A stretch of DNA of 64,000 nucleotides from Eledone cirrhosa. Its lineage: Eukaryota. This document shows positions 30,442 to 45,000 of the stretch, one piece after another (positions within the stretch are counted from its first letter, which is position 1; each line of letters starts with the position of its first letter). Where the stretch lies: the NCBI GenBank assembly GCA_964016885.1, contig OZ024760.1:6200001-6264000 (forward strand). The letters run 5' to 3'. The translations under genes and the position numbers were made by a program. The notes beneath the pieces were generated by a model. That model had not been told where the DNA came from. It worked only from the letters and a program-made list of their open reading frames with translations, and did no database searches.

Positions 30442-30789
30442 TAAGAGAGTATTGAAGTTTGCTTGATATTCAAAACAACGAACAGCGGAGGACGCGTTTC
30501 GCACCTTTCCGACAGACAACCTTTCCCCCACCCTGGAAAAAACCCCAGTTGATGGATGTGAATCCGAAATATATAGGGACAATTAAATCTCTCCCAAGGT
30601 AACTCTCTCTCATGTTGTTATTTTAATTTTATCCTTTACGTTCTTTCCTTCATTCCTCTACACGCTACAGTCTTATACACACCACGCATCTCAACGTACA
30701 CCCACTTACATCTCTCTCTCCACCACCGGATCTTGTTACCCGGAGATTTACCCATTTGCATTGTCGAGGCTTCCAAACGACTTAAAGAA

Positions 30790-30792
<3 letters not shown>
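30442..30792. mobile_element. Degenerate Penelope-like terminal fragment
   Basis: CGAAACGCGTC on minus strand (30491-30501); decayed hammerhead CCC-CAGTTGA-TGGATGTGAATCC-GAAA-TATA-TA-GGG (30543-30578); GTCGAGGCT before (TA)n. Confidence 0.5.
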
Positions 30793-30847
<55 letters not shown>

Positions 30848-31037
30848 ATATATAAGAACATGAGGTTTTTTGATAAAAAAAAAGAAACAGATGTCCTACA
30901 CGGATGAAAATATAAGGAAAAGAAATCGAAAATGCAACTGGAGTCTTTTTAAGAATATTTATTTATTTCCTTTACCAGTTTCACAGTTCTTATGCTTTTC
31001 AAAAGTAGAATTGAGAAGGAGGGTTTGTGGTTTTTCT

Positions 31038-31080
<43 letters not shown>

Positions 31081-31081
<1 letters not shown>

Positions 31082-31271
31082 AACGAGTAGGACCCCGACG
31101 GCTGAGCTCAAGCCGTTTTGACGGCTAATTCTGGTTCAGAATTAGCCGTCGAAACGGCTTGAGTTCAGCTGTCGGGGTCCTACTCGTTCCTATTACCCAC
31201 TCTACTACCCTAAGTATTGAGTACTTTGGTGCGTTATGGTCCACCTGGTTCCTTACCACATTTCTTTCGTT
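31081..31271 (+). mobile_element. Family A fold-back element
   Basis: Arms 31081-31133 / 31137-31189; same tail as the other copies. Confidence 0.85.
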
Positions 31272-31277
31272 ATATAT

Positions 31278-31650
31278 ATCATCATCATCATCATCATCAG
31301 GTTTAGCGTCCGTGTTCCACGCTTGCATGGGTTTGGACGGGGGTTTTCCCACTTGAGGCAAGAGTGGTTGTCTTGCTCGCATAGGACTGTCTGGCGGGTT
31401 TTCTACAGTTGGATGCCCTTCCTAACACCAACCACATTTACAGTGTGGGGCTGGGAGGTTTTTACCGTGTTGCCTACACGGCCACATTACAGCGTGGACT
31501 GTCTGGCGGGTTTTCTACAGCTGGATGCCCTTCCTAACACCAACCACATTTACAGTGTGGGGCTGGGAGCTTTTTACCGTGTTGCCTACACGGCCACATT
31601 TACAGCGTGGACAGTGTGTTTTTTTTGTCGTGACACCTACACGATCTCAT
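31278..31650 (-). mobile_element. RTE-like SINE/LINE tail
   Basis: Near-identical to 1136-1499. Confidence 0.8.
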
Positions 31651-31831
31651 TTGTTTCGGCCTGGATGTTGTGGGACCAACATAACTTTACATTGAAAGGG
31701 GCGGTGTGGATGGGGTGGAGGTGGTGGGACGGGGTGTGTTTTGATAGAGATGCCTACTGACTGTAGTAGGTTTTTACTTTGTACGACAGAATATATATAT
31801 ATATTGTTTTTCTCATATTTATATATATGTA

Positions 31832-32064
31832 CCCAGTCCACACTGTAAAGTGGCCGAGTAGGGTACATGGTAAAAAGCTCCCAGTCCACACTGTAAATGT
31901 GGTTGGTGTTAGGAAGGGCATCCAGCCGTAGAAAACCTGCCAGATACAGTCCTATACGAGCAAGACACGGTCACCCGACCAATCTTGCTTCAAGTGGGAC
32001 AATTCCCGTCTAACCCATGCTAGCGTGGAAGATGGACGTTAAATGATGATGCTGATGATGATGA
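31832..32064 (+). mobile_element. RTE-like SINE/LINE tail
   Basis: GGTTGGTGTTAGGAAGGGCATCCAG...GGACGTTAAATGATGATG. Confidence 0.75.
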
Positions 32065-32265
32065 TATATATATATATGATTAAATGCAATGTTTTTACGT
32101 AATGCTTGCAATTGAGCATGGGACTCTGAAGTCAGCACTTGTAGACTGATATTGTACAGAAACATATGTTAGGAATGAACTCTAACTCAAAATAAATTTT
32201 CTCCTTCAAACCATTATTTCTTGCCAAGTTATTCCGGGTTTTTTTCATAGAACTATACCTATTAC

Positions 32266-32313
<48 letters not shown>

Positions 32314-32756
32314 TTAATACAGACACATACATAAGAAGTGAATAAAATCTATCTATAAAATTTACTGCATTTTTATTGAAAATAACTCTGGCTGTGATAA
32401 AGGCCCTCTCCATTGATACCCCCCTGCCATATCGATCGATCCCTAACACCCAGGGAAAAAAAAAACATAAAAACAACAAAAATCCCTTTTTATTTTTAAG
32501 AAAGTTAGAAAGAGTCAGAGAGAAAAAACAAAGAGAAAAAAGAAAGAGTAAAAACAGAGAGAGAGAGACTGAGAGAAAGAGAAAGAGGGAGATAATCAGA
32601 GAGAGAGGGAGAGAAAGGAAAAAAGAGAAACAAAGAGTAAAAGAGAGACAGTGAGAGAAACAACGAATAAGAGAAAGGCAGAGAGGGGGAGAGAAAGAGA
32701 GAGAGAGAAACAAAGAGTAAGAGAGAGACATATATATATATATATGTATGTATATA

Positions 32757-32846
<90 letters not shown>

Positions 32847-32879
32847 CTGTTGGTTTCTTGCTCACAATAATTTCTATAT

Positions 32880-32921
<42 letters not shown>

Positions 32922-32932
32922 AGAGAGAGACA

Positions 32933-32966
<34 letters not shown>

Positions 32967-33058
32967 GTAAGAGAGAGACATATACATATATATATATATA
33001 GTAAGAGAGAGACATATACATATATATATATATATAGTAAGAGAGAGACATATACATA

Positions 33059-33094
<36 letters not shown>

Positions 33095-33107
33095 GTAAGA
33101 GAGAGAC

Positions 33108-33202
<95 letters not shown>

Positions 33203-33212
33203 GTAAGAGAGA

Positions 33213-33252
<40 letters not shown>

Positions 33253-33485
33253 CATACATATATATATAGTAAGAGAGAGACATATACATATATATATAAC
33301 AAGAGAGAGAGAGAGAGACATAGAGAAGGTATTACTTAAAACCATCTTTTGATCAAGTCCTTCTTACAAAAGGTTTTTACTCCCCCCCCCCCCTCGTGTT
33401 TCTTATCAGGGGTTGGGATTAGCTTTTTATCATTTTTTTCTCCCCCATCGAACACAAATTTTGGGAAATGACCTAAATTTATGCA

Positions 33486-34178
33486 CCATGTTTTCATCTG
33501 GTATCCTTCCCCCCTCATCACCACCATGTTTTCTTCTGGGATTTCCCCCCCACCACCACCACCACCACCACCATGTTTTCATCTGGTATCCTTCCCCCCT
33601 CATCACCACCATGTTTTCTTCTGGGATTTCCCCCCCCCCACCACCACCACCACCACCACGTTTTCATCTGGTATCCTCCCCCTCCACACCACCTCCATAT
33701 TTTCATCTGGTATCTCACCACCGCCACCATGTTTTCATCTGGTATCTTTCCCCCCTCCACACCACCATGTTTTCATCTGGTATTTCCCCACCACCACCAC
33801 CATGTTTTCATCTGGTATTTCCCCACCACCACCACCATGTTTTCATCTGGTATCCTTCCCCCCTCACCACCACCACGTTTTCATCTGGTATTTCCCCACC
33901 ACCACCACCATGTTTTCATCTGGTATCCTTCCCCCCTCACCACCACCACGTTTTCATCTGGTATTTCCCCACCACCACCACCATGTTTTCATCTGCTATC
34001 TCACCACCGCCACCATGTTTTCATCTGGTATCCTTCCCCCCTCATCACCACCATGTTTTCATCTGCTATTTCCCCACCACCACCACCACGTTTTCATCTG
34101 GTATCCCCCCCCCTCTCGACACTACCATATTTTCATCTGGTATTTCCCCACCACCATTTTTTCATCTGGTATCTCCCC
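33486..34178. repeat. ~30-35-bp minisatellite
   Basis: Core CCACCATGTTTTCATCTGGTAT. Confidence 0.9.
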
Positions 34179-34182
34179 TACA

Positions 34183-34614
34183 CCAGGGTACAATATAGAG
34201 GTAGGGGAGGGGGTAGCAGGGTACAATCCAGAGGTAGGGGAGGGGGTAGCAGGGTACAATATAGAGGTAGGGGAGGGGGTAGCAGGGTACAATATAGAGA
34301 TAGGGGAGGGGGTAGCAGGGTACAATATAGAGGTGGGGAGGGGTAGCAGGGTACAATATAGAGGTGGGGAGGGGGTAGCAGGGTACAATATAGAGGTAGG
34401 GGAGGGGTAGCAGGGTACAATATAGAGGTAGGGGAGGGGTAGCAGGGTACAATAGAGGTAGGGGAGGGGGTAGCAGGGTACAATATAGAGATAGGGGAGG
34501 GGTAGCAGGGTACAATATATAGGTAGGGGAGGGGGTAGCAGGGTACAATATAGAGGTAGGGGAGGGGGTAGCAGGGTACCCTCTCCTACCTCTATATTGT
34601 ACCCTGCTACCCCC
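34183..34614. repeat. 33-bp G-rich minisatellite with terminal inverted unit
   Basis: Unit CAGGGTACAATATAGAGGTAGGGGAGGGGGTAG; reverse-complement unit at ~34579-34614. Confidence 0.9.
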
Positions 34615-34819
34615 ACACCCTACCTACAGTGTGTGACCTCCCTTCCCCCGCCCTCAACATCCCCCCCCCCCCCCTCAACTCACCATGCCGCCATATTGTA
34701 CTCTACGTCCCCCCCACCCCCACCCACGCCACTTTTTGCACCCCCCACCCCCATCTTCTCCCTCATTCCTTTTCGGTGTTGTACTCCCTCTTCCCCTCTC
34801 TCTCTCCATGACACCTTGT

Positions 34820-35290
34820 TGCACCTTCTCCTCCTCCTACTGCTGCCCCACCCCTGCCTCCCTTATTGTACCTCCTCCTCCTACCCTCCACCTCCCTCAC
34901 TGTACCTTCGCCTCCTCCTACTGCTGCCCCACCCCTGCCTCCCTTATTGTACCTCCTCCTCCTACCCTCCACCTCCCTCACTGTACCTTCGCCTCCTCCT
35001 ACTGCTGCCCCACCCCTGCCTCCCTTATTGTACCTCCTCCTCCTCCTACCTCCCACCTCCCTCACTGTACCTTCGCCTCCTACTGCTGCCCCACCCCTGC
35101 CTCCCTTATTGTACCTCCTCCTCCTACCTCCCACCTCCCTCACTGTACCTTCTCCTCCTCCTACTGCTGCCCCACCCCTGCCTCCCTTATTGTACCTCCT
35201 CCTCCTACCTCCCACCTCCCTCACTGTACCTTCTCCTCCTCCTACTGCTGCCCCACCCCTGCCTCCCTTATTGCACCTCCTCCTACTGTC
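34820..35290. repeat. ~69-bp C-rich minisatellite
   Basis: Repeated CTACTGCTGCCCCACCCCTGCCTCCCTTATTGTACC. Confidence 0.85.
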
Positions 35291-35474
35291 CCCCAACCTC
35301 CTCCCTTGTACCTCCTCCTCTTTCACCTCCCTCATTGTACCCCCTTCTCCTACTCCCCCCACCTCCCTCATTGTAACCCCTCCTCCTACTTCCCACCCAC
35401 CCCATTGTACCCCCCCACCCCACCATGAGTCATATTTCAGGAATCTTATCTTGAGAAAAGTTGCCACTGAATGA

Positions 35475-35522
<48 letters not shown>

Positions 35523-35535
35523 GTGTGTGTATGTA

Positions 35536-35578
<43 letters not shown>

Positions 35579-36874
35579 GTGTTTGTATGTCTGTGTGGGT
35601 CTGTACGAGTCTCTATATATGTTTGTATGTGTCTGTATGGGTGACTCTGTGTGTGCCTGTGTGTATTTGTATGTGTGTCTGTATGTGTTTGTATGTGTCT
35701 CTGTGTGTGCGTGTGTATGCGTTTGTATGTGTCTTTATATGTATCTGTATGTGTATTTGTATGTTTCTACATGTGTGTTTGTATGTGTATCTGTCTGTAC
35801 GTGTGTTTTTGTGTGTGAGTGTAGTTGTGTGTGTATGTATGTATGTGTGTGTATATGTGTCTGTATAGCTGAGTGTACGGGAGTGTGTGTGTATGTGTTG
35901 GTGGAGGAAGCAAAAGGTGATATGTTTGTGTATATGAATTTATGTGTGTGTATGTATGTGCACATATGTGTGTATGTGCACATGTGTGTGTATGTGTGTG
36001 CTTGTTTATGTATGTGCACGTGTGTATATGTGTGTGTATATGTATGTACCCATGTGTTTGTGTGCATGTGTATGTATTTGCAAATGTGTATGTGCCCGTG
36101 CGTGTGTGTATATGTATGTGCACGTGTGTGCATGTGCCCGTGTGTGTATGTGTATGTGCAAGTGTGTGTATGTGTGTGTGTGTGTGTGTATTAGTGGAGG
36201 TGGGTGGGGTAGCAAGGGGCAGACTATCGTGTAAGATCTGCTTTTCAACAAGTTTCTATTGGGAAATTCCTCTTAGATTATAGTTTGGTAGGGGGTAGGG
36301 TCTAGTGGTGGTGGTGGTGGGGTGTAGTGATGGTGGTGGTGGTGGTGGTGTGTGGTGGTAAAGTGGTGGAGGTGTGTTGTGGTAGTGGTAGTGTTGGTGT
36401 GTAGTGGTGGTGGTGTGTAGTGGTAGTGGTGGTGGTGTGTAGTGGTAGTGGTGGTGGTGTGTAGTGGTAGTGGTAGTGTTGGTGTGTAGTGGTGGTGGTG
36501 TGTAGTGGTAGTGGTGGTGGTGTGTAGTGATGGTGGGGTAATGTGTGATGGTAAAGTGGTGGAGGTGTGTTGTGGTAGTGGCGGTGTTGGTGATGTGTAG
36601 TGGTGGTGGTAATGATAGTAGTGGTGGTGGTAGTGTTGGTGCGTAGTGGTGGTGGTGTGTAGTGTGGTAGTGGTGGTGGTGTGTAGTGGTGTGTGATAGT
36701 TGTGTTTGGGTGGTGTTGTGTAGTGGCATGTGGTGGAGGTGAGGATAGGAGGGGGGGGGGGGTAAATTGGATTTCAGCAAAACCAATGAAGCTTTCTTTG
36801 AATGTGCCATGTTACACACACACACACACATATATATATATATGTATACACACACACACACATATATATATATG

Positions 36875-36929
<55 letters not shown>

Positions 36930-37104
36930 GTATACATACACACACATATATAAATACACACACACATATATATCAACCCCACCCTGATATTTGCATGTCT
37001 TTAGAGTATTAAGAAGGAGGAAATGGTTGAGAAAATGTATTCCATATTTCCTTTTCAAAGAATTAAGAATATCATTCTTTTCTCTAGTTTTATTTCTGTC
37101 TTAG

Positions 37105-38189
37105 ACTTTCATTGCTATATTTCTACTGAAAGATCCTGTCTATGTCATTAACCCTTTCATTAGCATATTTCTACTGAAAGATCCTGTCTATGTCATTAAC
37201 CCTTTCATTAGCATATTTCTAATGAAAGACACTGTCTATGACTTTAACCATTTCGTTACCATATTTCTAATGAAAGACACTGTCTATGTTATTAACCCTT
37301 TCATTAGCATATTTCTAATGAAAGACACTGTCTATGTCATTAACCCTTTTGTTACCATATTTCCAGTGAAAGACACTGTCTATGTCATTAACCCTTTCAT
37401 TACCATATTTCCAGTGAAAGACACTGTCTATGTCATTAACCCTTTCATTACCATATTTCTAATGAAAGACACTGCCTATGTCATTAACCCTTTCATTACC
37501 ATATTTCTAACGAAAGACACTGTCTATGTCATTAACCCTTTTGTTACTATATTTCCAGTGAAAGACACTGTCTATGTCATTAACCCTTTCATTACCATAT
37601 ATCTAATGAAAGACACTGTCTATGTCATTAACCCTTTCATTACCATATTTCTAATGAAAGACACTGCCTATGTCATTTACCCTTTCATTACCATATTTCT
37701 AACGAAAGACACTGTCTATGTCATTAACCCTTTTGTTACCATATTTACAGTGAAAGACACTGTCTATGTCATTAACCCTTTCATTACCATATTTCTAATG
37801 AAAGACACTGTCTATGTCATTAACCCTTTTATTACCATATTTCTAATGAAAGACACTGTCTATGTCATTAATCCTTTCATTACCATATTTCTAATGAAAG
37901 ACACTGTCTATGCCATTAATCCTTTCATTACCATATTTCTAATGGAAGACACTGTCTATGTCATTAACCCTTTCATTACCATATTTCTAACGAAAGACAC
38001 TGTCTATGTCATTAACCCTTTCATTACCATATTTCTAATGAAAGACACTTCCTATGTCATTAACCCTTTCATTACCATATTTCTAACGAAAGACACTGTC
38101 TATGTCATTAACCCTTTCATTACCATATTTCTAATGAAAGACACTTCCTATGTCATTAACCCTTTCACTACCATATTTCTAACGAAAGA
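37105..38189. repeat. 48-bp minisatellite, about 22 units
   Basis: Unit AATGAAAGACACTGTCTATGTCATTAACCCTTTCATTACCATATTTCT. Confidence 0.95.
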
Positions 38190-38474
38190 TAAATAAATTT
38201 GTAGTGATTTACAGGTACAGTTTATATTGTATTATAGTGTAAGTGACTGAGCATTCCACAGACATGTGTACCCATAAAGTAATTCTCAGGGAGATTCAGC
38301 ATAACATAGTGTTGAAGACATTTTTGACAGGTGTGTGGTACTGAAGTAACTTTGAAATAGTGTGTGTCGCTCAGTAACACAACATGTTGCCAGAGGGAAT
38401 CAAACTCACAACCTTAGAATCGTGAGTTAAACACCCTACCTTAACTACTACAGCCACAGGCACGTGTGTGTGTA

Positions 38475-38548
38475 TATAAATGTGTGTGTGTGTATATATA
38501 GGTTTGTATGTAAAAATGTATGTGTATACAAATGAAAGTATAAATGTA

Positions 38549-38596
<48 letters not shown>

Positions 38597-41190
38597 TTTG
38601 TGTGTAAAAATGTATGTGTATGTAAATGGAAATGTATGTGTATATATATAGGTTTGTGTGTAAAAATGTATGTGTATATAAATGGAAATATGTGTGTCTA
38701 AATGTGTATATATATAGGTTTGTGTAAAAATGTATGTGTATAAATTTGTACATATATTGGTTTGTGTGTAAAAATGTATGTGTATATAAATGGAAATGTA
38801 TGTGTATAAATGTGTATATAGGTTTGTGTGTAAAAATGTATGTGTATATAAATGGAAATGTATGTGTATAAATGTGTATATATATAGGTTTGTGTGTAAA
38901 AATGTATGTGTATATAAATGGAAATATGTGTGTATAAATCTATATATATAGGTTTGTGTGTAAAAATGTATGTGTATATAAATGGAAATATGTGTGTGTA
39001 AATGTGTATATATATATATATAGGTTTGTGTGTAAAAATGTATGTGTATATAAATGGAAATATGTGTGTATAAATGTGTATATATATATATAGGTTTGTG
39101 AGTAAAAATGTATGTGTAAATAAATGGAAATATGTGTGTATAAATGTGTATATATATATATAGGTTTGTGTGTAAAAATGTATGTGTATATAAATGGAAA
39201 TATGTGGGTATAAATGTGTATATATATAGGTTTGTGTGTAAAAATGTATGTGTATATAAATGGAAATATGTGTGTATAAATGTGTATATATATATATAGG
39301 TTTGTGTGTAAAAATGTATGTGTATATAAATAGAAATATGTGTGTATAAATGTGTATATATATATAGGTTTGTGTGTAAAAATGTATGTGTATATAAATG
39401 GAAATATGTGTGTGTAAATGTGTATATATATATATATATATAGGTTTGTGTGTAAAAATGTATGTGTATATAAATGGAAATATGTGTGTATAAATGTGTA
39501 TATATATATATATAGGTTTGTGTGTAAAAATGTATGTGTATACAAATGAAAATATGTGTGTATAAATGTGTATATATATATATAGGTTTGTGTGTAAAAA
39601 TGTATGTGTATATAAATGGAAATATGTGTGTATAAATGTGTATATATATATATAGGTTTGTGTAAAAATGTATGTGTATATAAATGGAAATGTATGTGTA
39701 TAAATGTGTATATATATATGGTTTGTGTGTAAAAATGTATGTGTATATAAATGGAAATGTATGTATAAATGTGTATATATATATATAGGTTTGTGTGTAA
39801 AAATGTATGTGTATATAAATGTATGAGTATATAAATGTATGTGTATATAAATGTATGTGTATATAAATGTATATGTATATAAATGTATGTGTATATAAAT
39901 GTATGTGTATATGAATATGTGTATATAAATGTGTATATGAATATGTGTATATAAATGTATGTGTACATGAATATGTGTATATAAAGGTATGTGTATATAG
40001 ATGTATGTGTATATAAATGTATGTGTATATGAATATGTATATATAAATGTATGTGTATATGAATATGTGTATATAAATGTATGTGTATATAAATGTGTAT
40101 ATGAATATGTGTATATAAATGTATGTGTATATGAACATGTGTATATAAATGTATGTGTATATGAATATGTGTATATAAATGTATGTGTATATGAATATGT
40201 GTATATGAATGTATGTGTATATAAATGTGTATATGAATGTGTATATAAATGTATGTGTATATGAATATGTGTATATAAATGTATGTGTATATAAATGTGT
40301 GTATATAAATGTATGTTTATATGAATGTGTATATAAATGTATGTGTATATGAATATGTGTATATAAATGTATGTGTATATGAATATGTGTATATAAATGT
40401 ATGTGTATATGAATATGTGTATATAAATCTGTGTGTATATGAATATGTGTATATAAATGTATGTGTATATAAATGTGTGTATATAAATGTATGTTTATAT
40501 GAATGTGTATATAAATGTATGTGTATATGAATATGTGTATATAAATGTATGTGTATATGAATATGTGTATATAAATGTATGTGTATATGAATATGTGTAT
40601 ATAAATCTGTGTGTATATGAATATGTGTATATAAATGTGTATATGAATATGTGTATATAAATGTGTATATGAATATGTGTATATAAATGTGTACATGAAT
40701 GTATGTGTATATAAATGTGTATATGAATGTATGTGTATATAAATGTGTATATGAATGTATGTGTATATAAATGTATGTGTATATGAATATGTGTATATAA
40801 ATGTGTACATGAATATGTGTATATAAATGTGTATATGAATATGTGTATATGAATATGTGTATATAAATGTATGTGTATATGAATATGTGTATATAAATGT
40901 GTATATGAATATGTGTATATAAATGTATATGTATATAAATGTGTATATAAATGTATGTGTATATAAATGTGTATATGAACGTGTGTATATACATGTATGT
41001 GTATATGAACATGTGTATATACATGTATGTGTATATGAATATGTGTACATAAATGTATGTGTATATGAATATGTGTATATACATGTGTATATGAATATGT
41101 GTATATAAATGTATGTGTATATAAATGTGTATATAAATGTATGTGTATATAAATGTGTATATGAACGTGTGTATATACATGTATGTGTAA
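38475..41190. repeat. AT-rich satellite (~60-bp then ~30-bp units)
   Basis: GGTTTGTGTGTAAAAATGTATGTGTATATAAATGGAAA units grading into GTATATAAATGTATGTGTATATGAATAT. Confidence 0.85.
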
Positions 41191-42034
41191 ATACTAAGAC
41201 ATTGCAGCAATCTTCTTGGACAAGTGATGTTAGTTAACGGAGTTTTGTCACTAATGTCGTTAGTGTCGTTAGTGAGAAATCATGTACTGTAACTTGTGGT
41301 GGAGCTATTATTTAAATGTTAATTAGAAATACTTCATGAAAGACATGTCAGGGTGAATAGGAAGAAATGAGGTGGGGGGGGGGGGGGTGCAGGTAATCTG
41401 TTTCTCTTTCATCACCATCATGTCACCACCACCGTCATCACCATCACCATTATCGTCGCCACAATTACCAGCATCAGCATCATCATCACCATCATCACCA
41501 TCACCACCACTACCATCACTATCATCACCATCACCATCATCATCACCATCACCATCATCATCACTATCATCACCATCACCACCATCACTATCACCACCAT
41601 CACTATCATCACCATCATCATCCTCATCACCATGATCACTATCATCAACACAGTTATCATCATCAACACCATCATGATTATCATCACCATCACCATCATT
41701 ACTATCATCACCAGCATCACCTTCATTACCATCATGATTGTTATCATCACACCACCATTACCATCACCATTCCCATGATTGTTATCACCAGCACCACTAT
41801 CACCACCACTATCACCATCACCACTATCATCACCACTATCATCACCAGCACTATCACCATCACCACTATCATCACCAGCGCTATCACCATCACCACTATC
41901 ACCACCACTACCACCATCACCACCACCACTATCACCACTATCACCATCACCACTATCATCATCACCACTATTACCATCACCATCACCACTATCATCATCA
42001 TCGTTATCATCAGAGAAAGAGATATGGAGGAAAA

Positions 42035-45000
42035 ATCAACCCCAGTCCTAGACTGGTATTTTTTTTATCGACTTCGAAAAGATGAAGAGCAAAGTTGAAC
42101 TTCGTGGGATTTGAACTCATAGAGCAGAGAACCAGTACAAGTACCACAAAACATTCTACCTGACGTTCTAACGAATACCACAAAGTATTCTACCTGACGT
42201 TCTAACGAATACCACAAAACATTCTACCTGACGTTCTAACGAATACCACAAAACATTCTACCTGACGTTCTAACGAATACCACACAACATTCTACCTGAC
42301 GTTCTAACGAATACCACACAACATTCTACCTGACGTTCTAACGAATACCACACAACATTCTACCTGACGTTCTAACGAATACCACAAAACATTCTACCTG
42401 ACGTTCTAACGAATACCACACAACATTCTACCTGACGTTCTAACGAATACCACACAACATTCTACCTGACGTTCTAACGAATACCACAAAGCATTCTACC
42501 TGACGTTCTAACGAATACCACACAACATTCTACCTGACGTTCTAACGAATACCACAAAGTATTCTACCTGACGTTCTAACGAATACCACACAACATTCTA
42601 CCTGACGTTCTAACGAATACCACACAACATTCTACCTGACGTTCTAACGAATACCACAAAGCATTCTACCTGACGTTCTAACGAATACCACAAAGTATTC
42701 TACCTGACGTTCTAACGAATACCACAAAGTATTCTACCTGACGTTCTAACGAATACCACAAAGTATTCTACCTGACGTTCTAACGAATACCACAAAGTAG
42801 TCTACCTGACGTTCTAACGAATACCACAAAGTATTCTACCTGACGTTCTAACAAATACCACAAAGTAGTCTACCTGACGTTCTAACGAATACCACACAAC
42901 ATTCTACCTGACGTTCTAACGAATACCACAAAGTATTCTACCTGACGTTCTAACGAATACCACAAAGTATTCTACCTGACGTTCTAACGAATACCACAAA
43001 GTATTCTACCTGACGTTCTAACGAATACCACAAAGCATTCTACCTGACGTTCTAACGAATACCACAAAGCATTCTACCTGACGTTCTAACGAATACCACA
43101 AAGCATTCTACCTGACGTTCTAACGAATACCACAAAGTATTCTACCTGACGTTCTAACGAATACCACACAACATTCTACCTGACGTTCTAACGAATACCA
43201 CAAAGTATTCTACCTGACGTTCTAACGAATACCACAAAGTATTCTACCTGACGTTCTAACAAATACCACAAAGTAGTCTACCTGACGTTCTAACGAATAC
43301 CACAAAGTATTCTACCTGACGTTCTAACAAATACCACAAAGTAGTCTACCTGACGTTCTAACGAATACCACAAAGTATTCTACCTGACGTTCTAACGAAT
43401 ACCACACAACATTCTACCTGACGTTCTAACGAATACCACAAAGTATTCTACCTGACGTTCTAATGAATACCACAAAGTATTCTACCTGACGTTCTAACGA
43501 ATACCACAAAGCATTCTACCTGACGTTCTAACGAATACCACAAAGTATTCTACCTGACGTTCTAACGAATACCACAAAGCATTCTACCTGACGTTCTAAC
43601 AAATACCACAAAGCATTCTACCTGACGTTCTAACGAATAACACAAAGCATTCTACCTGACGTTCTAACGAATACCACACAACATTCTACTTGACGTTCTA
43701 ACGAATACCACAAAGCATTCTACCTGACGTTCTAACGAATACCACAAAACATTCTACCTGACGTTCTAACGGATACCACAAAGCATTCTACCTGACGTTC
43801 TAACGAATACCACAAAGTATTCTACCTAACGTTCTAACGAATACCACAAAGCATTCTACCTGACGTTCTAACGAATACCACAAAGCATTCTACCTGACGT
43901 TCTAACGAATACCACAAAACATTCTACCTGACGTTCTAACGAATACCACAAAGCATTCTACCTGACGTTCTAACGAATACCACAAAACATTCTACCTGAC
44001 GTTCTAACGAATACCACAAAGTATTCTACCTGACGTTCTAACGAATACCACACAACATTCTACCTGACGTTCTAACGAATACCACAAAGTATTCTACCTG
44101 ACGTTCTAACGAATACCACAAAGCATTCTACCTGACGTTCTAACGAATACCACTAAGTATTCTACCTGACGTTCTAACGAATACCACAAAGTATTCTACC
44201 TGACGTTCTAACGAATACCACAAAGCATTCTACCTGACGTTCTAACGAATACCACAAAGTATTCTACCTGACGTTCTAACGAATACCACAAAGTATTCTA
44301 CCTGACGTTCTAACGAATACCACAAAGTATTCTACCTGACGTTCTAACGAATACCACACAACATTCTACCTGACGTTCTAACGAATACCACAAAGCATTC
44401 TACCTGACGTTCTAACGAATACCACAAAGTATTCTACCTGACGTTCTAACGAATACCACACAACATTCTACCTGACGTTCTAACGAATACCACAAAGTAT
44501 TCTACCTGACGTTCTAACGAATACCACAAAGTATTCTACCTGACGTTCTAACGAATACCACACAACATTCTACCTGACGTTCTAACGAATACCACAAAGT
44601 ATTCTACCTGACGTTCTAACGAATACCACAAAGTATTCTACCTGACGTTCTAACGAATACCACAAAGTATTCTACCTGACGTTCTAACGAATACCACAAA
44701 GCATTCTACCTGACGTTCTAACGAATACCACAAAGTATTCTACCTGACGTTCTAACGAATACCACAAAGTATTCTACCTGACGTTCTAACGAATACCACA
44801 AAACATTCTACCTGACGTTCTAACGAATACCACAAAGCATTCTACCTGACGTTCTAACGAATACCACAAAGCATTCTACCTGACGTTCTAACGAATACCA
44901 CAAAGCATTCTACCTGACGTTCTAACGAATACCACAAAGTATTCTACCTGACGTTCTAACGAATACCACAAAGTATTCTACCTGACGTTCTAACGAATAC

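Noticed and set aside
32121-32175. CTGAAGT...GAAACATATGTT hammerhead-like remnant
   Set aside because: Core mismatch and no convincing stem I or II.
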